NCBI GenBank assembly: GCA_964242815.1 | Contig: CAXSZV010000014.1 | Coordinates: 4,994 to 68,993 of the forward strand | Reading direction: 5' to 3' | DNA length: 64,000 nucleotides | Origin: an uncultured Novosphingobium sp. | GTDB lineage: Bacteria; Pseudomonadota; Alphaproteobacteria; Sphingomonadales; Sphingomonadaceae | Shown: piece by piece, positions 1 to 12,276 of the stretch | Numbering within the stretch: position 1 is the stretch's first letter | Layout of the letters: each line of letters starts with the position of its first letter | Program-made: the position numbers and the translations under genes | The notes under the pieces: model-generated | Seen by the model: only the letters and a program-made list of their open reading frames with translations | Databases searched by the model: none | What the model was told of the DNA's origin: nothing

Positions 1-162
1 GACCTGCCCCGCCTCGAACGCTATATCGAGACCGACTATCACCGGCCAAGCGACGATCTCAAACACCCGATCGAACTCGGCGGTGCGGCCGAAGATGTCT
101 TGTTCGACACGGCGCTGGCGCGGTGGTTTGGCGATGCGAAGCGGGTTCCGGCCCCGCGATAG

Positions 163-1716
<1,554 letters not shown>

Positions 1717-1724
1717 TGCTCCTC

Positions 1725-1850
1725 GTCCTCCGCAAGCGCGCCTGGGGAGGGGGACCGCAGCGCGAAGCGGTGGAGTGGCGGGGTCTTGCTTGACCCGGCG
1801 GATCGAGCGCGGTGACCCCTCCCCCGTCACTAAGCGAGCTTGGGGAGGAC
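1725..1850. repeat. Palindromic REP/CIR-like element with two inverted arms (family A)
   Basis: Arm 1 gtcctccgcaagcgcgcctggggagggggaccgcagcgcgaagcggtggag starts at 1725. Arm 2 aagcgagcttggggaggac (1832-1850) is the exact reverse complement of valS 21302-21320. Confidence 0.8.
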
Positions 1851-1857
1851 AAACCGG

Positions 1858-3063
1858 ATGACCCCCGCGGCGCGCGTCCAGGCAGCGATCGAGATCCTCG
1901 ACCTGATCGTCGATGCCGCGCGGCACCAAGGCGCGCCCGCCGACCGCGTGATCGCCGACTGGTTCCGCGCGCGACGCTTTGCCGGCAGCGGCGATCGACG
2001 CGCGGTGCGCGAGCTCGCCTACGCGGCAATCCGCGCGTGCGGCGAAGCGCCGGTCAGCGGCCGCGCGGCGATGCTTGCGCTGGCCGACGCCGATTCAGAT
2101 GGCATACTTGGGCTCGCCGTGCTGTTCGACGGATCGCGGCACGCCCCCGCGCCGATCGACCCGGCCGAACCGCGCGGTGTGCCAGGCGTCGCGCCGGCGT
2201 GGCTCATGGCCGAGCTGGCGAACAGCGGCGTGACCGGCGTCGAAGCTCAGGCGCTGCTCGGCCGCGCGCCGCTCGACATCCGGGTCAACGCGCTCAAGGC
2301 CGATCGCGCGACGATCGCACTCCCCTTGCAGGGGGAGCTGACCGCCGCGCCGCAGGGACTTCGTTATCCCGCCGGCACGCAGGTCGAAGGCTGGGACGCC
2401 TTCAACCAAGGCCTGATCGAGGTGCAGGACACCGGCTCACAACTCGTCTGCGAGGCGCTCGCGGCGCGGGGCGGCGAGACGGTGATCGACTTGTGCGCCG
2501 GCGCGGGCGGTAAGACGCTGTCGCTCGCCGCTGCGATGAGTAGCGCGGTGGGCACCGACGCGGGCACGCTGATCGCCTGCGACACCGATCGCGGCCGCCT
2601 GTCGCGTCTCCGGCCCCGCGCCGAGCGGGCCGGCGCGCGGATCGCCGAGACGCTGTTGCTCGATCCCGGCCGCGAGCTTGACGCGCTCGGGACCTGGGAG
2701 CATCGCGCCGATGCGGTGCTGGTCGACGCGCCGTGCTCGGGCAGCGGCACCTGGCGGCGCAATCCCGAGGCGCGCTGGCGGCTTTCCCCGCGCGAGCTTG
2801 CCCGGCTGACCGCGTTGCAGGCGCACGTGCTCGATCTCGCGGCGCGGTTGGTGAAGCCCGGCGGGCGGATCGTCTATGCCACCTGTTCGCTGCTCGATGC
2901 CGAAGGCGCGGACCAGGTGCAGGCGTTCCTGACGCGGCATCGCGGCTGGCGCGCCGATCCGCCGGTGCTGCCCGCCGGACGTGCGCACGGAGCGACGCTG
3001 CGCCTTGATCCGCTCCACGCTGGCACCGATGGGTTTGCGATTGCGCGGCTGCAATCCATATGA
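1858..3063 (+). CDS. RsmB/NOP-family SAM-dependent RNA m5C methyltransferase
   Basis: EVQDTGSQL, VIDLCAGAGGKTL, VLVDAPCSGSGTWRRNP and IVYATCS motifs. Confidence 0.93.
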   Translation: MTPAARVQAAIEILDLIVDAARHQGAPADRVIADWFRARRFAGSGDRRAVRELAYAAIRACGEAPVSGRAAMLALADADSDGILGLAVLFDGSRHAPAPIDPAEPRGVPGVAPAWLMAELANSGVTGVEAQALLGRAPLDIRVNALKADRATIALPLQGELTAAPQGLRYPAGTQVEGWDAFNQGLIEVQDTGSQLVCEALAARGGETVIDLCAGAGGKTLSLAAAMSSAVGTDAGTLIACDTDRGRLSRLRPRAERAGARIAETLLLDPGRELDALGTWEHRADAVLVDAPCSGSGTWRRNPEARWRLSPRELARLTALQAHVLDLAARLVKPGGRIVYATCSLLDAEGADQVQAFLTRHRGWRADPPVLPAGRAHGATLRLDPLHAGTDGFAIARLQSI

Positions 3064-3140
3064 CAGCCTGATCGCTTATGCCGCAGTCGGTTGTCCGCGC
3101 CTCCGGCGCACCGCAGCTCGCCCGCGCGAAGGACGTGTTG

Positions 3141-3647
3141 ATGCGCTTTACGCCCCCCGTGCTTGCCTTGTCGCTCGTCGCGCTGTTGACCGCGAGCGCG
3201 GGGTTCTCCGCCGCGCCGCCGCCGCTGGATCCGCGCGCGGCGGCGTTGATCGCGCAAGGCGAGGCGGCGCTGGGTGCCGGGCGGGTCGACGAGGCGGTCG
3301 ATGCCTACGAAGCCGCGCTGACCGTGCAGCCGGGCAGCGCAGAAATCCTCGTCGATCTGGCGCAGGCAACGCGGCGGCAGGGGATGCAGGGCAAGGCGCT
3401 GCATTATTACCGCGAGGCGCTGCAACTCGATCCGCAGGACCTGTCGGCGATATCGGGCGAAGGCGCTGCGCTGGCCGAAAAAGGCGCGCTCGACAAGGCG
3501 CGGCGCAACCTCACGCGGTTACAGGGCATCTGCGGTGATAGCTGCGCGCCGACCCGCGACCTCGCTGCCGCGATCGCGCGCGGGCCCGTACCGCGCGTGG
3601 TCAGCGCCGAGCCGCTGCCGGGCAAGCCGCCCGCCTCCGATAACTGA
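3141..3647 (+). CDS. Exported TPR-repeat protein
   Basis: Signal-peptide-like N-terminus (LALSLVALLTASA), TPR-like helices (AVDAYEAALTVQP, ALHYYREALQLDP) and a C-terminal CxxxC. Confidence 0.8.
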   Translation: MRFTPPVLALSLVALLTASAGFSAAPPPLDPRAAALIAQGEAALGAGRVDEAVDAYEAALTVQPGSAEILVDLAQATRRQGMQGKALHYYREALQLDPQDLSAISGEGAALAEKGALDKARRNLTRLQGICGDSCAPTRDLAAAIARGPVPRVVSAEPLPGKPPASDN

Positions 3648-3667
3648 GCGTTACCGGGCGAACAGCG

Positions 3668-4939
3668 TCAGCCGCGAACGCGGCCGCCGCGCAACGCCCG
3701 GCCGGCGAACGCCATCAGCCCACCCGCGATCAGGTAGCAGCCGAGCCCCCCTAGCAGCGCCAGCCGCAGCGCGTCGGCGCCGAAGCGCGGCGTCAGCGTG
3801 GTCGACACCACGCCGATGAGCCACGGGCCGAGGCCGAGGCCGATCAGGTTGTTGATCAGCAGGAACAGCGCCGACGCGGTCGCGCGCTCACCTGGCTCGA
3901 CCAGGCCCTGGATCGCGGCGGCGACCGGGCCTAACCAGACGTACGACAGCCCGGTAGGCAAAAGCAGGAGCGCGAACGCCAACGTCGGCGAACGCGTGAC
4001 GAACGCCGCCGCGAACAGCGGCGCGCTGGCGAGGTAGGCGATTCCCGGCACCCACGCGTGGTACGCCCGCTCGCGCGCGGCGAGCCGGTCCGCGATCCGG
4101 CCGCCGAGCAGCATCCCGGCGATCCCCGTGGTGAGGAGCAGCGCCGCGATGAAGCGCGAGCTGTCCACCAGGCTCAGCCCGAAGCCACGCTGGAGCAGGC
4201 TGGGCAGCCAGAACGCGATGCCATAGCCGATCGTCGAGCCCGCCGCCGCGCCCAGCGACAAGAGTCCGAACGCCGGGCGCTTGAGCACCATGGACAGCGT
4301 CGCGGCGAACGTGGGCTCCGCCTCGTCCGGTGCGGCTGGGGGCGCGGACGGCGCGTCGCGCACCAGCCAGGCGAACGGCGCGACGAACGCGAGCCCGGCG
4401 AGCCCGGCGACGACGAACGCCGCGCGCCAGTCCACCGCCGCGGCGATCGCCGCGCCGAGCAGCAGCCCGGCGGCCGAGCCGAGCGGAATGCCGAGCGAAT
4501 GGATCGCCAGCGCCAGCGCGCGACGTTCGGCCGGAAACCGCGCGGCGATCAGCGCATGCGCTGGCGCGACGCCCCCCGCCTCACCGATGCCGACGCCGAG
4601 CCGAGCCGCGAACAGCTGCGCGAAGCCGCCGGCAAGCCCGCAGAGCGCGGTCGCCACGCTCCATATCGCCAGCGCCGCCGCGATGACCCGCGCCGGACCG
4701 CGCCGATCGGCGATCCGCGCCACCGGCACGGCGAGTGTCGCGTAGACCGAGGCGAAGGCGAGCCCGCCAAGCAGGCCCATCCGCGCGTCGCTCAGATGCA
4801 GTTCGCGCTGGATCGGCCCCGCGAGGATCGCGAGAATCTGCCGATCGACGAAATTGAAGACGTAGACGCCGAGCAGCAGCGCCAGCATCAGGTTGGCGCT
4901 GCTTTCACGGGCTGAAACCAGGCCGATACGTTCCGTCAT
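3668..4939 (-). CDS. MFS transporter (spinster-like)
   Basis: NFVDRQIL, ARIADRR and RLGVGIGEAG motifs; about 12 hydrophobic segments. Confidence 0.9.
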   Translation of the reverse strand: MTERIGLVSARESSANLMLALLLGVYVFNFVDRQILAILAGPIQRELHLSDARMGLLGGLAFASVYATLAVPVARIADRRGPARVIAAALAIWSVATALCGLAGGFAQLFAARLGVGIGEAGGVAPAHALIAARFPAERRALALAIHSLGIPLGSAAGLLLGAAIAAAVDWRAAFVVAGLAGLAFVAPFAWLVRDAPSAPPAAPDEAEPTFAATLSMVLKRPAFGLLSLGAAAGSTIGYGIAFWLPSLLQRGFGLSLVDSSRFIAALLLTTGIAGMLLGGRIADRLAARERAYHAWVPGIAYLASAPLFAAAFVTRSPTLAFALLLLPTGLSYVWLGPVAAAIQGLVEPGERATASALFLLINNLIGLGLGPWLIGVVSTTLTPRFGADALRLALLGGLGCYLIAGGLMAFAGRALRGGRVRG

Positions 4940-4948
4940 CCGTCCCTG

Positions 4949-5024
4949 CTGAGCTTGTCGAAGCACCGTTCTTCTTACGGCAGGCGTGGCGGTTTCAAGG
5001 AAAACAACCCTTCGACAAGCTCAG
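4949..5024. repeat. Inverted-repeat element (ctgagcttgtcgaag / cttcgacaagctcag)
   Basis: Perfect 15-bp inverted repeat at 4949-4963 and 5010-5024 between gatB and the MFS gene. Confidence 0.85.
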
Positions 5025-5136
5025 GGGGAGACGAAGGGGAAAGGCGGAAGGGCGGGTTGGCTCGCAGCGCTTGGCGGTAATCCGTTGGTTCCGCCATCGC
5101 AAAACCCGTGATCGCTCTGCGCTCCGTATCGCAGCG

Positions 5137-6642
5137 TCAGGCCAGCGCAGCCTTGACCGCCGCGTTGACCACTTGCGGGTTGGCCTTGCCCGCCATCGCC
5201 TTCATCGTCTGGCCGACGAAGAAGCCGAACAACGCCTCCTTGCCCGCGCGATATTGCGCGACCTTGTCGGCGTTGTCGGCCAGGACCTTGGCGACCGCTA
5301 CGTCGATCGCGCCGCTATCGCTGGTCTGGCGCAGCCCCTCGCGTTCGACGATCGTCGCCGCGCCGTCGCCGGTCTCGAGCATCAGCTCGAACACCTGCTT
5401 GCCGATGCTGCCCGATATCGTGCCATCGCCGATCAGCGCGAGCAGCTCGGCCGCGCGCGCGGGCGTGACCGGCGCGTCGGCCAGCTCGACCCCCAGCCGG
5501 TTCAACGCTCCGAACAGTTCGGAGATCACCCAATTCGCCGCTTGCTTGGCCACTTCGGCCTCGGGCCGCGCCTGCCGCTCCGCGCTCGCGGCGAGCAGCC
5601 GCTCGAACCAGCGCGCGGTGTCCGCCTCGGCGGTCAGCACTTCGGCGTTGTACGTGCTGAGCCCCAGCCCCTCTTCGTACCGCGTGCGCTTCGCGTCGGG
5701 CAGTTCGGGCAGCGAATCGCGGCATTCGTCGAGGAACGCATCGTCGAGTTCGAGCGGCAGCAGGTCGGGATCGGGAAAATAGCGATAGTCCTGCGCGTCT
5801 TCCTTCGAGCGCATCGACCGCGTCTCGTTGCGGTCGGGATCGTAGAGCCGCGTCTCCTGCGCGACCGCGCCGCCGCTCTCGATCAGCGCGACCTGCCGCC
5901 GCGCTTCGCCTTCGACCACCGCCATCACGAAGCGCACCGAATTGACGTTCTTGGTCTCGGTCCGCGTGCCGAGCTCGCCCCCAAGCTTCCGCACGCTGAC
6001 GTTGACGTCGGCGCGCATCGAGCCTTCCTCCATGTTGCCGTCGCACGATCCGACATAGCGCAGGATCGCGCGCAGCTTGCGCAAGTACGCGCCGGCTTCG
6101 GCCGGGCTGCGCATGTCGGGGCGGCTGACGATCTCCATCAGCGCGACGCCCGACCGGTTGAGATCGACGTAGCTCATGCTCGGGTGCTGATCGTGCATCA
6201 GCTTGCCCGCGTCCTGCTCGACATGGATGCGCTCGATGCCGATCGTCTTGACGTTCGCCGGGTCCTTGTCGTCGGGGGTGATGGCGATCGCGCCTTCGCC
6301 GACCAGCGGATGGTAGAGCTGGCTGATCTGATAGCCCTGCGGCAGGTCGGCGTAGAAATAGTTCTTGCGATCGAACCGCGACCAGCGGTTGATCGCGGCG
6401 CCGACCGCCATGCCGGTGCGCACCGCCTGGCGGATGCATTCGCGGTTGGGCACGGGCAGCATCCCCGGCATCGCCGCGTCGACCAGGCTGACCTGCGCGT
6501 TGGGCTCCGCGCCGAACGCGGTCGCCGCCCCGCTGAAGAGCTTCGATGCACTGGTGATCTGTGCGTGGACCTCCAGCCCGATCACCACTTCCCACTCGCC
6601 GGTGGCGCCCTTGATGCGATAGTCGTTGGTCTGGCTTGCCAT
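5137..6642 (-). CDS. gatB: Asp/Glu-tRNA amidotransferase subunit B
   Basis: [50 protein letters not shown]. Confidence 0.98.
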   Translation of the reverse strand: MASQTNDYRIKGATGEWEVVIGLEVHAQITSASKLFSGAATAFGAEPNAQVSLVDAAMPGMLPVPNRECIRQAVRTGMAVGAAINRWSRFDRKNYFYADLPQGYQISQLYHPLVGEGAIAITPDDKDPANVKTIGIERIHVEQDAGKLMHDQHPSMSYVDLNRSGVALMEIVSRPDMRSPAEAGAYLRKLRAILRYVGSCDGNMEEGSMRADVNVSVRKLGGELGTRTETKNVNSVRFVMAVVEGEARRQVALIESGGAVAQETRLYDPDRNETRSMRSKEDAQDYRYFPDPDLLPLELDDAFLDECRDSLPELPDAKRTRYEEGLGLSTYNAEVLTAEADTARWFERLLAASAERQARPEAEVAKQAANWVISELFGALNRLGVELADAPVTPARAAELLALIGDGTISGSIGKQVFELMLETGDGAATIVEREGLRQTSDSGAIDVAVAKVLADNADKVAQYRAGKEALFGFFVGQTMKAMAGKANPQVVNAAVKAALA

Positions 6643-6711
6643 AGCGACGCACAGTAGGGATCGCCATCGCGCTTGCCAATCGCGCGATCTGCCGCCAGAC
6701 GGCAGGCCGCG

Positions 6712-7857
6712 ATGCACGCGAGCATATCACCCGATCGAACCCTGTCGTTTGCATTGGCGCCCGCGATCGACGCGCCGCTCGCGCTGACCGTGATCGTCCC
6801 GACGTTCAACGAAGCGCCCAACGTCGCGCCGATGGTGGCGGCGCTCGACGTGGCCCTCGCCGGGCTCGCCTGGGAAGTCGTGTTCGTCGATGATAACTCG
6901 CCCGACCAGACATCGGAGGCGGTACGCGCGATCGCCAGGGCCGACCGCCGCGTGCGGATCGTCCAGCGCGTCGGCCGGCGCGGGCTGTCATCCGCGGTGG
7001 TCGAAGGCATGCTGTCGAGCGCAGCGCCGGTGGTGGCGGTGATCGACGGCGATATGCAGCACGACGAAGCGGTGCTCGCGACGCTCTATGCGGCGATCGC
7101 CGAGCAGGGCCACGATCTCGCGATCGGCACGCGCTATACTGAGGGCGGATCGACCGGCGACTGGAGCCGCTCGCGCCTGATCGCCAGCCGCTTCGCGACG
7201 CGGTTGTCGCACCTGCTGCTCAAGAACGACGTCAAGGACCCGATGAGCGGCTTTTTCGCGGTGCGCCGCGACGTGTTCATGGAAGCGCTGCCGAAACTTT
7301 CGATGGTCGGCTTCAAGATCCTGCTCGACATGGTCGCCTCGGTCCCGCGCAAGCTGTCGATCGCCGAAATCCCCTACACCTTCCGCTGTCGCGTCGCGGG
7401 GGAGAGCAAACTCGACAGCAAGGTCGCGCAGGAATTCGGCGCTCTGTTGCTCGAGAAGCTGTTCGGCCACATCATTCCCGTGCGCTTCTTGATGTTCGCG
7501 ATGGTCGGCGGGCTGGGGCTCGTGGTGAACCTGGGCGTGCTCGGCCTGTTGTTCCGCATCGGCGGACTGTCATTCAACGTCAGCCTGACCATCGCGGTGT
7601 TCACCGCGATGACGTTCAACTACGTGCTCAACAACAGCTTCACGTATCGGGATATGAGATTGCGCGGCGCGAAGTTCGTGCGCGGGCTGCTGAGCTTCTA
7701 CGCGGTGTGCCTGATCGGCGCGATCGGCAACATCGGCGTCGGCGATTACGTCAACAACATGCACTATCGCTGGTGGCTGGCGGGGTTGGCGGGGACGGTC
7801 GTCGGTGTCGTGTGGAACTACGCGGCGAGCTCGCTAGTGACGTGGAGAAGGAAGTAG
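6712..7857 (+). CDS. GT2 (DPM1-like) glycosyltransferase fused to a GtrA flippase-like domain
   Basis: [32 protein letters not shown], followed by a four-helix GtrA-like C-terminus (FAMVGGLG...WNY). Confidence 0.9.
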   Translation: MHASISPDRTLSFALAPAIDAPLALTVIVPTFNEAPNVAPMVAALDVALAGLAWEVVFVDDNSPDQTSEAVRAIARADRRVRIVQRVGRRGLSSAVVEGMLSSAAPVVAVIDGDMQHDEAVLATLYAAIAEQGHDLAIGTRYTEGGSTGDWSRSRLIASRFATRLSHLLLKNDVKDPMSGFFAVRRDVFMEALPKLSMVGFKILLDMVASVPRKLSIAEIPYTFRCRVAGESKLDSKVAQEFGALLLEKLFGHIIPVRFLMFAMVGGLGLVVNLGVLGLLFRIGGLSFNVSLTIAVFTAMTFNYVLNNSFTYRDMRLRGAKFVRGLLSFYAVCLIGAIGNIGVGDYVNNMHYRWWLAGLAGTVVGVVWNYAASSLVTWRRK

Positions 7858-7884
7858 TATTTTATAGAGAGGTCAAGCAATTGA

Positions 7885-7920
7885 TGGTGTCTGGGGACGT
7901 GCGTATATTCCCAGACACCA
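7885..7920. terminator. Stem-loop between convergent genes
   Basis: Perfect 11-bp inverted repeat tggtgtctggg / cccagacacca with a 14-nt loop. Confidence 0.5.
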
Positions 7921-7952
7921 GCGTTAAGCCATATGCATATATTCGGACGAAA

Positions 7953-9152
7953 TTAGATATTTGCTAGAATAGAGTTGGGAGTAGTTCCATTATTACTAAT
8001 CCCTGCAGTGATGTTCCCCGTCGTATCATTGGACGAAATAATGTAGTTACTAGCAGAAGTTTGTGCAAAAATGCCGGTTCTCTGTTGCCCAGTTGCACCA
8101 TTTACACCACCAACTCGACAACCTGTAATGATAGTATGACTATTATTAAAGAATACGCCGTGAAATGTATTAGTTGCTTGTTGACCATTGAGCCCGATAA
8201 CGCAATTACCTAACGTAATGTCCTTGGGTCCATTATTTATCAAGATACCATTCTGAGCATTACCGGCAATCCGTGTTGCGGTTATCGATACATCTCCAAG
8301 GTAAGATGATCCGATAAAGACCCCATTGCCGGCAAGACATGATCCAACGAAAGCGCCTGTAAGGTAGAAGGCGGTTCCGCCAGTGAGATTTACACCGCCC
8401 GCCTGATTGTGATCGCATTCGAGATCAAAGACGTAGGCAAACTGCGGCCGACTGGCCGCTCCCTGACCAGCAGAATCAGCCATTACAAAGCCGACACCAC
8501 CTTGCAGCAAAGCGGCGCGTTTAATTGTAAGTGAGTTGGCGTAAGAGTCCATTTGAAATAGATTTGCCGAGGTATTTCCGGTATCAATCGTATCTACGAC
8601 TAGATCGGTTGCAGTCATGCCATAGCAGATATTATTAGCACCTGCTGTACCCCCATAGAAGACGCCATACGATCCGTAGGGTCCACGGATTAAAACCTGT
8701 TCAATCAGCGTCTCTGTCGAAGAAAGTACCTTAATTCCGTTCCAACAATAACCTATGTTAGTATTAGAAACGTGATTATCATAAGAGTTGCCATTACCAT
8801 TATTATTATTGAACTCGATTGCCACGCCACCGGTAGGGTTACCAGTGGTTCGATCGCTATAAATAGCGAGGTCTTCAACTCCACTATACGCACAACCCGA
8901 GAAGGTAATGGCATTAGATGATCTATTTGAATTTTTTATGAAGGTTGCTCCATGACCTTCACCACGAAGAGTACATCCGTTTTTCATACTAATATTTAGG
9001 GGGTTAGTTATCTTATAGGTTCCAGCAGGAAAGTACACAATTCCTCCGTTGGAACTTGCGATGCAGTCATTAATCGCAGCCTGAATAGCGGCGGTGTCAT
9101 CAGTTGATCCGTTGCCCGAAGCGCCTTTTGCGGTAACATTATAGACCGTCAT
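7953..9152 (-). CDS. Right-handed parallel beta-helix protein (Pectate_lyase_3/GH28-like N-terminus), low GC
   Basis: YNVTAKGASGNGSTDDTAAIQAAI...VYFPAGTYKI motif; Asn/Gly/Ile-rich beta-helix pattern; no signal peptide. Sampled lines are 37-45% GC. Confidence 0.85.
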   Translation of the reverse strand: MTVYNVTAKGASGNGSTDDTAAIQAAINDCIASSNGGIVYFPAGTYKITNPLNISMKNGCTLRGEGHGATFIKNSNRSSNAITFSGCAYSGVEDLAIYSDRTTGNPTGGVAIEFNNNNGNGNSYDNHVSNTNIGYCWNGIKVLSSTETLIEQVLIRGPYGSYGVFYGGTAGANNICYGMTATDLVVDTIDTGNTSANLFQMDSYANSLTIKRAALLQGGVGFVMADSAGQGAASRPQFAYVFDLECDHNQAGGVNLTGGTAFYLTGAFVGSCLAGNGVFIGSSYLGDVSITATRIAGNAQNGILINNGPKDITLGNCVIGLNGQQATNTFHGVFFNNSHTIITGCRVGGVNGATGQQRTGIFAQTSASNYIISSNDTTGNITAGISNNGTTPNSILANI

Positions 9153-9423
9153 GACTAAATACCTTTTCAAAAAAAATTGATATGTTGATAAAAACCGGCA
9201 TTATTATTAATAATTCTCGGTTGAAAAATACGTCGATATATATCCCTTTTCAGCAGGTAGCGAATCATATGTTCACGATTCGTTCCGTGTAGGAAAGTGA
9301 AATTTAATCGACATTCGCTTCGCGGATGGGGCGTGTCACCGATGCGTTCACGGTGTCATTTGAAGCGGCGTGAATGACGTAAGAACCCTGCTCTGAGGGA
9401 CCGTCAGGGGGTCGTTTATGGGC

Positions 9424-10911
9424 TTACCACCACTGCTGGGGCTTGGCGTTGAACCCGGCGCGCTGCTCGATCGCTCGCCCCGCATTCAGCACGCCCTGCT
9501 CGTCGAGCGGGCGGCCGATCAGCTGCAAGCCCAGCGGCAGGCCCTCGCGGTTCAGTCCCGCCGGCACCGACATCGCGGGCAGCCCGGCCAGGCTGGCGGG
9601 CACCGAGAAAACGTCGTTCAGGTACATCGCCAACGGATCGTCGCTCTTCTCGCCGAGCGCGAACGCGGCGGTCGGCGTGGTCGGCGCGAGGATCACGTCG
9701 CAACTTGCCCAGGCGTCCTCGAAGTCACGCGCGATCAGCGTGCGCACCTTCTGCGCCTGCGTGTAATAGGCGTCGTAGTACCCGGCCGACAGAACATACG
9801 TGCCGATCAGGATGCGGCGCTTGACCTCGCCGCCGAAGCCCGCCGCGCGCGTCGCTGCGTACATGTCCTGCAACCCCGCGCCGGCGGGCAGATCGCGCAG
9901 GCCGAAGCGCACGCCGTCGTAGCGCGCGAGGTTGGACGAGGCTTCGGCGGGCGCGATGATGTAATACGTCGGCAGCGCGTATTTCGTATGGGGCAGGCTG
10001 ATGTCGACGATCGTCGCGCCTGCGTCGCGGAGCCAGGCGATGCCCTGCTCCCAGCTCGCGGCGACATCGGCGTCCATGCCGTCCATCCGGTATTCGCGCG
10101 GGATGCCGACGCGCTTGCCCCCAAGATCGCCCGATAGCGCCGCTTCCCAATCGGGCACGGCTAGCGCGAGGCTGGTCGCGTCCTTCGCATCGAAGCCCGC
10201 CATCGCGCCGAGCATGATCGCGCAGTCGCGCACCGTCCGCGCCATCGGCCCCGCCTGGTCGAGCGAGGAGGCGAACGCGACGATGCCCCAGCGCGAGCAG
10301 CGGCCATAGGTCGGCTTGATCCCGCAGATGCCGGTGAACGCGGCAGGCTGCCGGATCGATCCGCCGGTGTCGGTGCCGGTCGCCGCCGGGCACAGCCGCG
10401 CGGCGACGCTAGCGCTGCTGCCGCCCGACGAGCCGCCCGGCGCGAGCGCGGCGTTGCCGCCGTCGGAACGCCGCCACGGCGAGTTGACGTTGCCGAAATA
10501 CGACGTCTCGTTCGACGATCCCATCGCGAACTGATCGAGGTTCAGCTTGCCGAGCATCCCCGCGCCCGCGTCCCACAGCTTCTGCGAGACGGTGCTTTCA
10601 TACTGCGGCATGAACCCTTCGAGGATATGGCTGGCGGCGGTCGTCTGTACCCCGGCGGTCGCGAACAGATCCTTCATCCCGATCGGCACGCCGCCCATCG
10701 CGCCCAGCGGCTCGCCTGCCGCGCGCTTCGCATCGACGCCGCGCGCAGCGTCGAGCGCGTGGTCGGGCGTCGCCACGATGAACGCGTTGAGCGCGGTTTG
10801 CGCGGCGGCGACGTTGGCGTTGAACGCCTCGGCCACCTCGACCGCGCTGAAGCTGCCGGCGACGACGCCATCGCGCAGGTCGGCGACGGTAAGTTCGGTG
10901 AGGTCGGTCAT
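9424..10911 (-). CDS. gatA: Asp/Glu-tRNA amidotransferase subunit A
   Basis: Amidase signature [33 protein letters not shown]. Confidence 0.98.
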   Translation of the reverse strand: MTDLTELTVADLRDGVVAGSFSAVEVAEAFNANVAAAQTALNAFIVATPDHALDAARGVDAKRAAGEPLGAMGGVPIGMKDLFATAGVQTTAASHILEGFMPQYESTVSQKLWDAGAGMLGKLNLDQFAMGSSNETSYFGNVNSPWRRSDGGNAALAPGGSSGGSSASVAARLCPAATGTDTGGSIRQPAAFTGICGIKPTYGRCSRWGIVAFASSLDQAGPMARTVRDCAIMLGAMAGFDAKDATSLALAVPDWEAALSGDLGGKRVGIPREYRMDGMDADVAASWEQGIAWLRDAGATIVDISLPHTKYALPTYYIIAPAEASSNLARYDGVRFGLRDLPAGAGLQDMYAATRAAGFGGEVKRRILIGTYVLSAGYYDAYYTQAQKVRTLIARDFEDAWASCDVILAPTTPTAAFALGEKSDDPLAMYLNDVFSVPASLAGLPAMSVPAGLNREGLPLGLQLIGRPLDEQGVLNAGRAIEQRAGFNAKPQQWW

Positions 10912-10988
10912 GACAGGCGCGTTAAAGTCGTGCGATCAACAGGGCAAGGCGAGGCAGAGCGGGATCGGCCATGCATAGCATGTAAACC

Positions 10989-11092
10989 CCGTCGCCCCTG
11001 CGAAGGCAGGGGCCCATACGAGCTTTCCGCGTCGACGCGACGCCGCGTTTCTCGGTGAGCGTGATGGGCCCCTGCCTGCGCAGGGGCGACGG
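10989..11092. repeat. Inverted-repeat element with 29-bp arms
   Basis: ccgtcgcccctgcgaaggcaggggcccat (10989-11017) and atgggcccctgcctgcgcaggggcgacgg (11064-11092) differ by one mismatch; each arm is internally palindromic. Confidence 0.9.
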
Positions 11093-11193
11093 CGGCCTAT
11101 AATGAGAGAGCGAACCCCTAACTCTCCTTACGGTGTAAAGTCGCATCCATGGGAACCGGCCCAACCTGCCGACGGTGCGCCGAGAGGATAGTT

Positions 11194-11240
11194 CCCTCAA
11201 CCAGCCTGCGGCTGGTCCTCCTCCCCGTGCCGGGGAGGAT
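11194..11240 (-). repeat. Single arm of repeat family A
   Basis: Minus strand reads atcctccccggcacggggaggaggaccagccgcaggctggttgaggg, similar to the valS and ligD inserts. It begins about 10 nt after the gatC stop. Confidence 0.75.
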
Positions 11241-11250
11241 CAGGCAGGCG

Positions 11251-11553
11251 CTATTCGATCACTTTGGGCACGCCGAAGAAACCGTGCTCGGCCGCCGGCG
11301 CGTTCGCCAGCACCGCGTCGCGCTTGCCGCCGCCGGTCAGCGGATCTGCGTCGATCACATCGTCGCGCAGGCGCAGATGGTTGGGGATGACGGCAGTCAT
11401 GGGCTCGACGCCGGTCACGTCGACTTCGGCGAGCTGCTGTACCCAGGCGAAAATACCGTTGAGTTCAGGCACCATCGCCGCGATCTCGCGCTCGTCGAGC
11501 CGGATACGCGCAAGCGATGCGATCCGCGCGACGGTTGCAGTGTCGATCGCCAT
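11251..11553 (-). CDS. gatC: Asp/Glu-tRNA amidotransferase subunit C
   Basis: [38 protein letters not shown]; lies upstream of gatA. Confidence 0.97.
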   Translation of the reverse strand: MAIDTATVARIASLARIRLDEREIAAMVPELNGIFAWVQQLAEVDVTGVEPMTAVIPNHLRLRDDVIDADPLTGGGKRDAVLANAPAAEHGFFGVPKVIE

Positions 11554-11577
11554 GTCAGCGCTCGCCGGCCAGACCGA

Positions 11578-12165
11578 TCAGGGCTGCTGCGGCGCGGGGG
11601 CGATGTCGCCGCCGGGCCCGGCACCCTCGGGTGCCGGCGCTTCGGCCGGCCCAGCGGCGGAAGGCCCACCGGCGCCGCCCCGGCCCGCCTGCATCTGCTG
11701 CAGCTGCTGCATCACCTGCCGCTGCCGCTCGAACTCGGCGCGGCTGACGAAATCGAACAGCTGGACGTCGAACGTCAGGTCGGTGTTCGCCGGGATCGGA
11801 CCCATCGCGCGGTCGCCATAAGCCAGGCTCGCGGGGATCACGACGCGATACTTGCCGCCGCGCTGCATCCGCTCGAGCGCCTTGGTGAACCCGGGAACCA
11901 CGCCGCTCACCGGCATCAGCGTCTGCGGGTTCTCGTCGAACAGCTTGCCGTCGGGCAACGTGCCGCGATAGCCGACCACCGCGATATCGTCGGCGGTCGG
12001 CGATGCGCCGGTCCCCGCCTTGATCGTCTGGAACCGGATCGACGCGGGTATCGTTGCATAAGCGATGCCGGCGGCCGCGAGCATGAGCACGACAAGCCCC
12101 AGCCACAGCTTCGACAGCGCTCCGCGGGATATCGGTCTCAGCGGGACACGGGTGATCTCGGTCAT
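11578..12165 (-). CDS. FKBP-type peptidyl-prolyl isomerase
   Basis: VGYRGTLPDGKLFD, VVPGFTKAL, IPASLAYG, IPANTDLTFDVQL; N-terminal TM segment. Confidence 0.93.
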   Translation of the reverse strand: MTEITRVPLRPISRGALSKLWLGLVVLMLAAAGIAYATIPASIRFQTIKAGTGASPTADDIAVVGYRGTLPDGKLFDENPQTLMPVSGVVPGFTKALERMQRGGKYRVVIPASLAYGDRAMGPIPANTDLTFDVQLFDFVSRAEFERQRQVMQQLQQMQAGRGGAGGPSAAGPAEAPAPEGAGPGGDIAPAPQQP

Positions 12166-12276
12166 GCGACTAGCCTCAGGTGAACGCGGAACAGGGCGCG
12201 ATACAAACGCGCATGCCTGATGGCGCAAGCCGGGCGGCGGTTCAAGCGCCGGGCAAAGCGGCGCGGCGCGGGGATG

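Noticed and set aside
4940-4966. MFS N-terminal extension MLRQAQQGR as a third in-frame repeat insertion
   Set aside because: It derives from the inverted-repeat arm, but the downstream ATG at 4939 is the more plausible start, so translation of the arm is unsupported.
7953-9152. Prophage remnant
   Set aside because: No other phage structural, packaging or integrase genes, and no att-like direct repeats seen.
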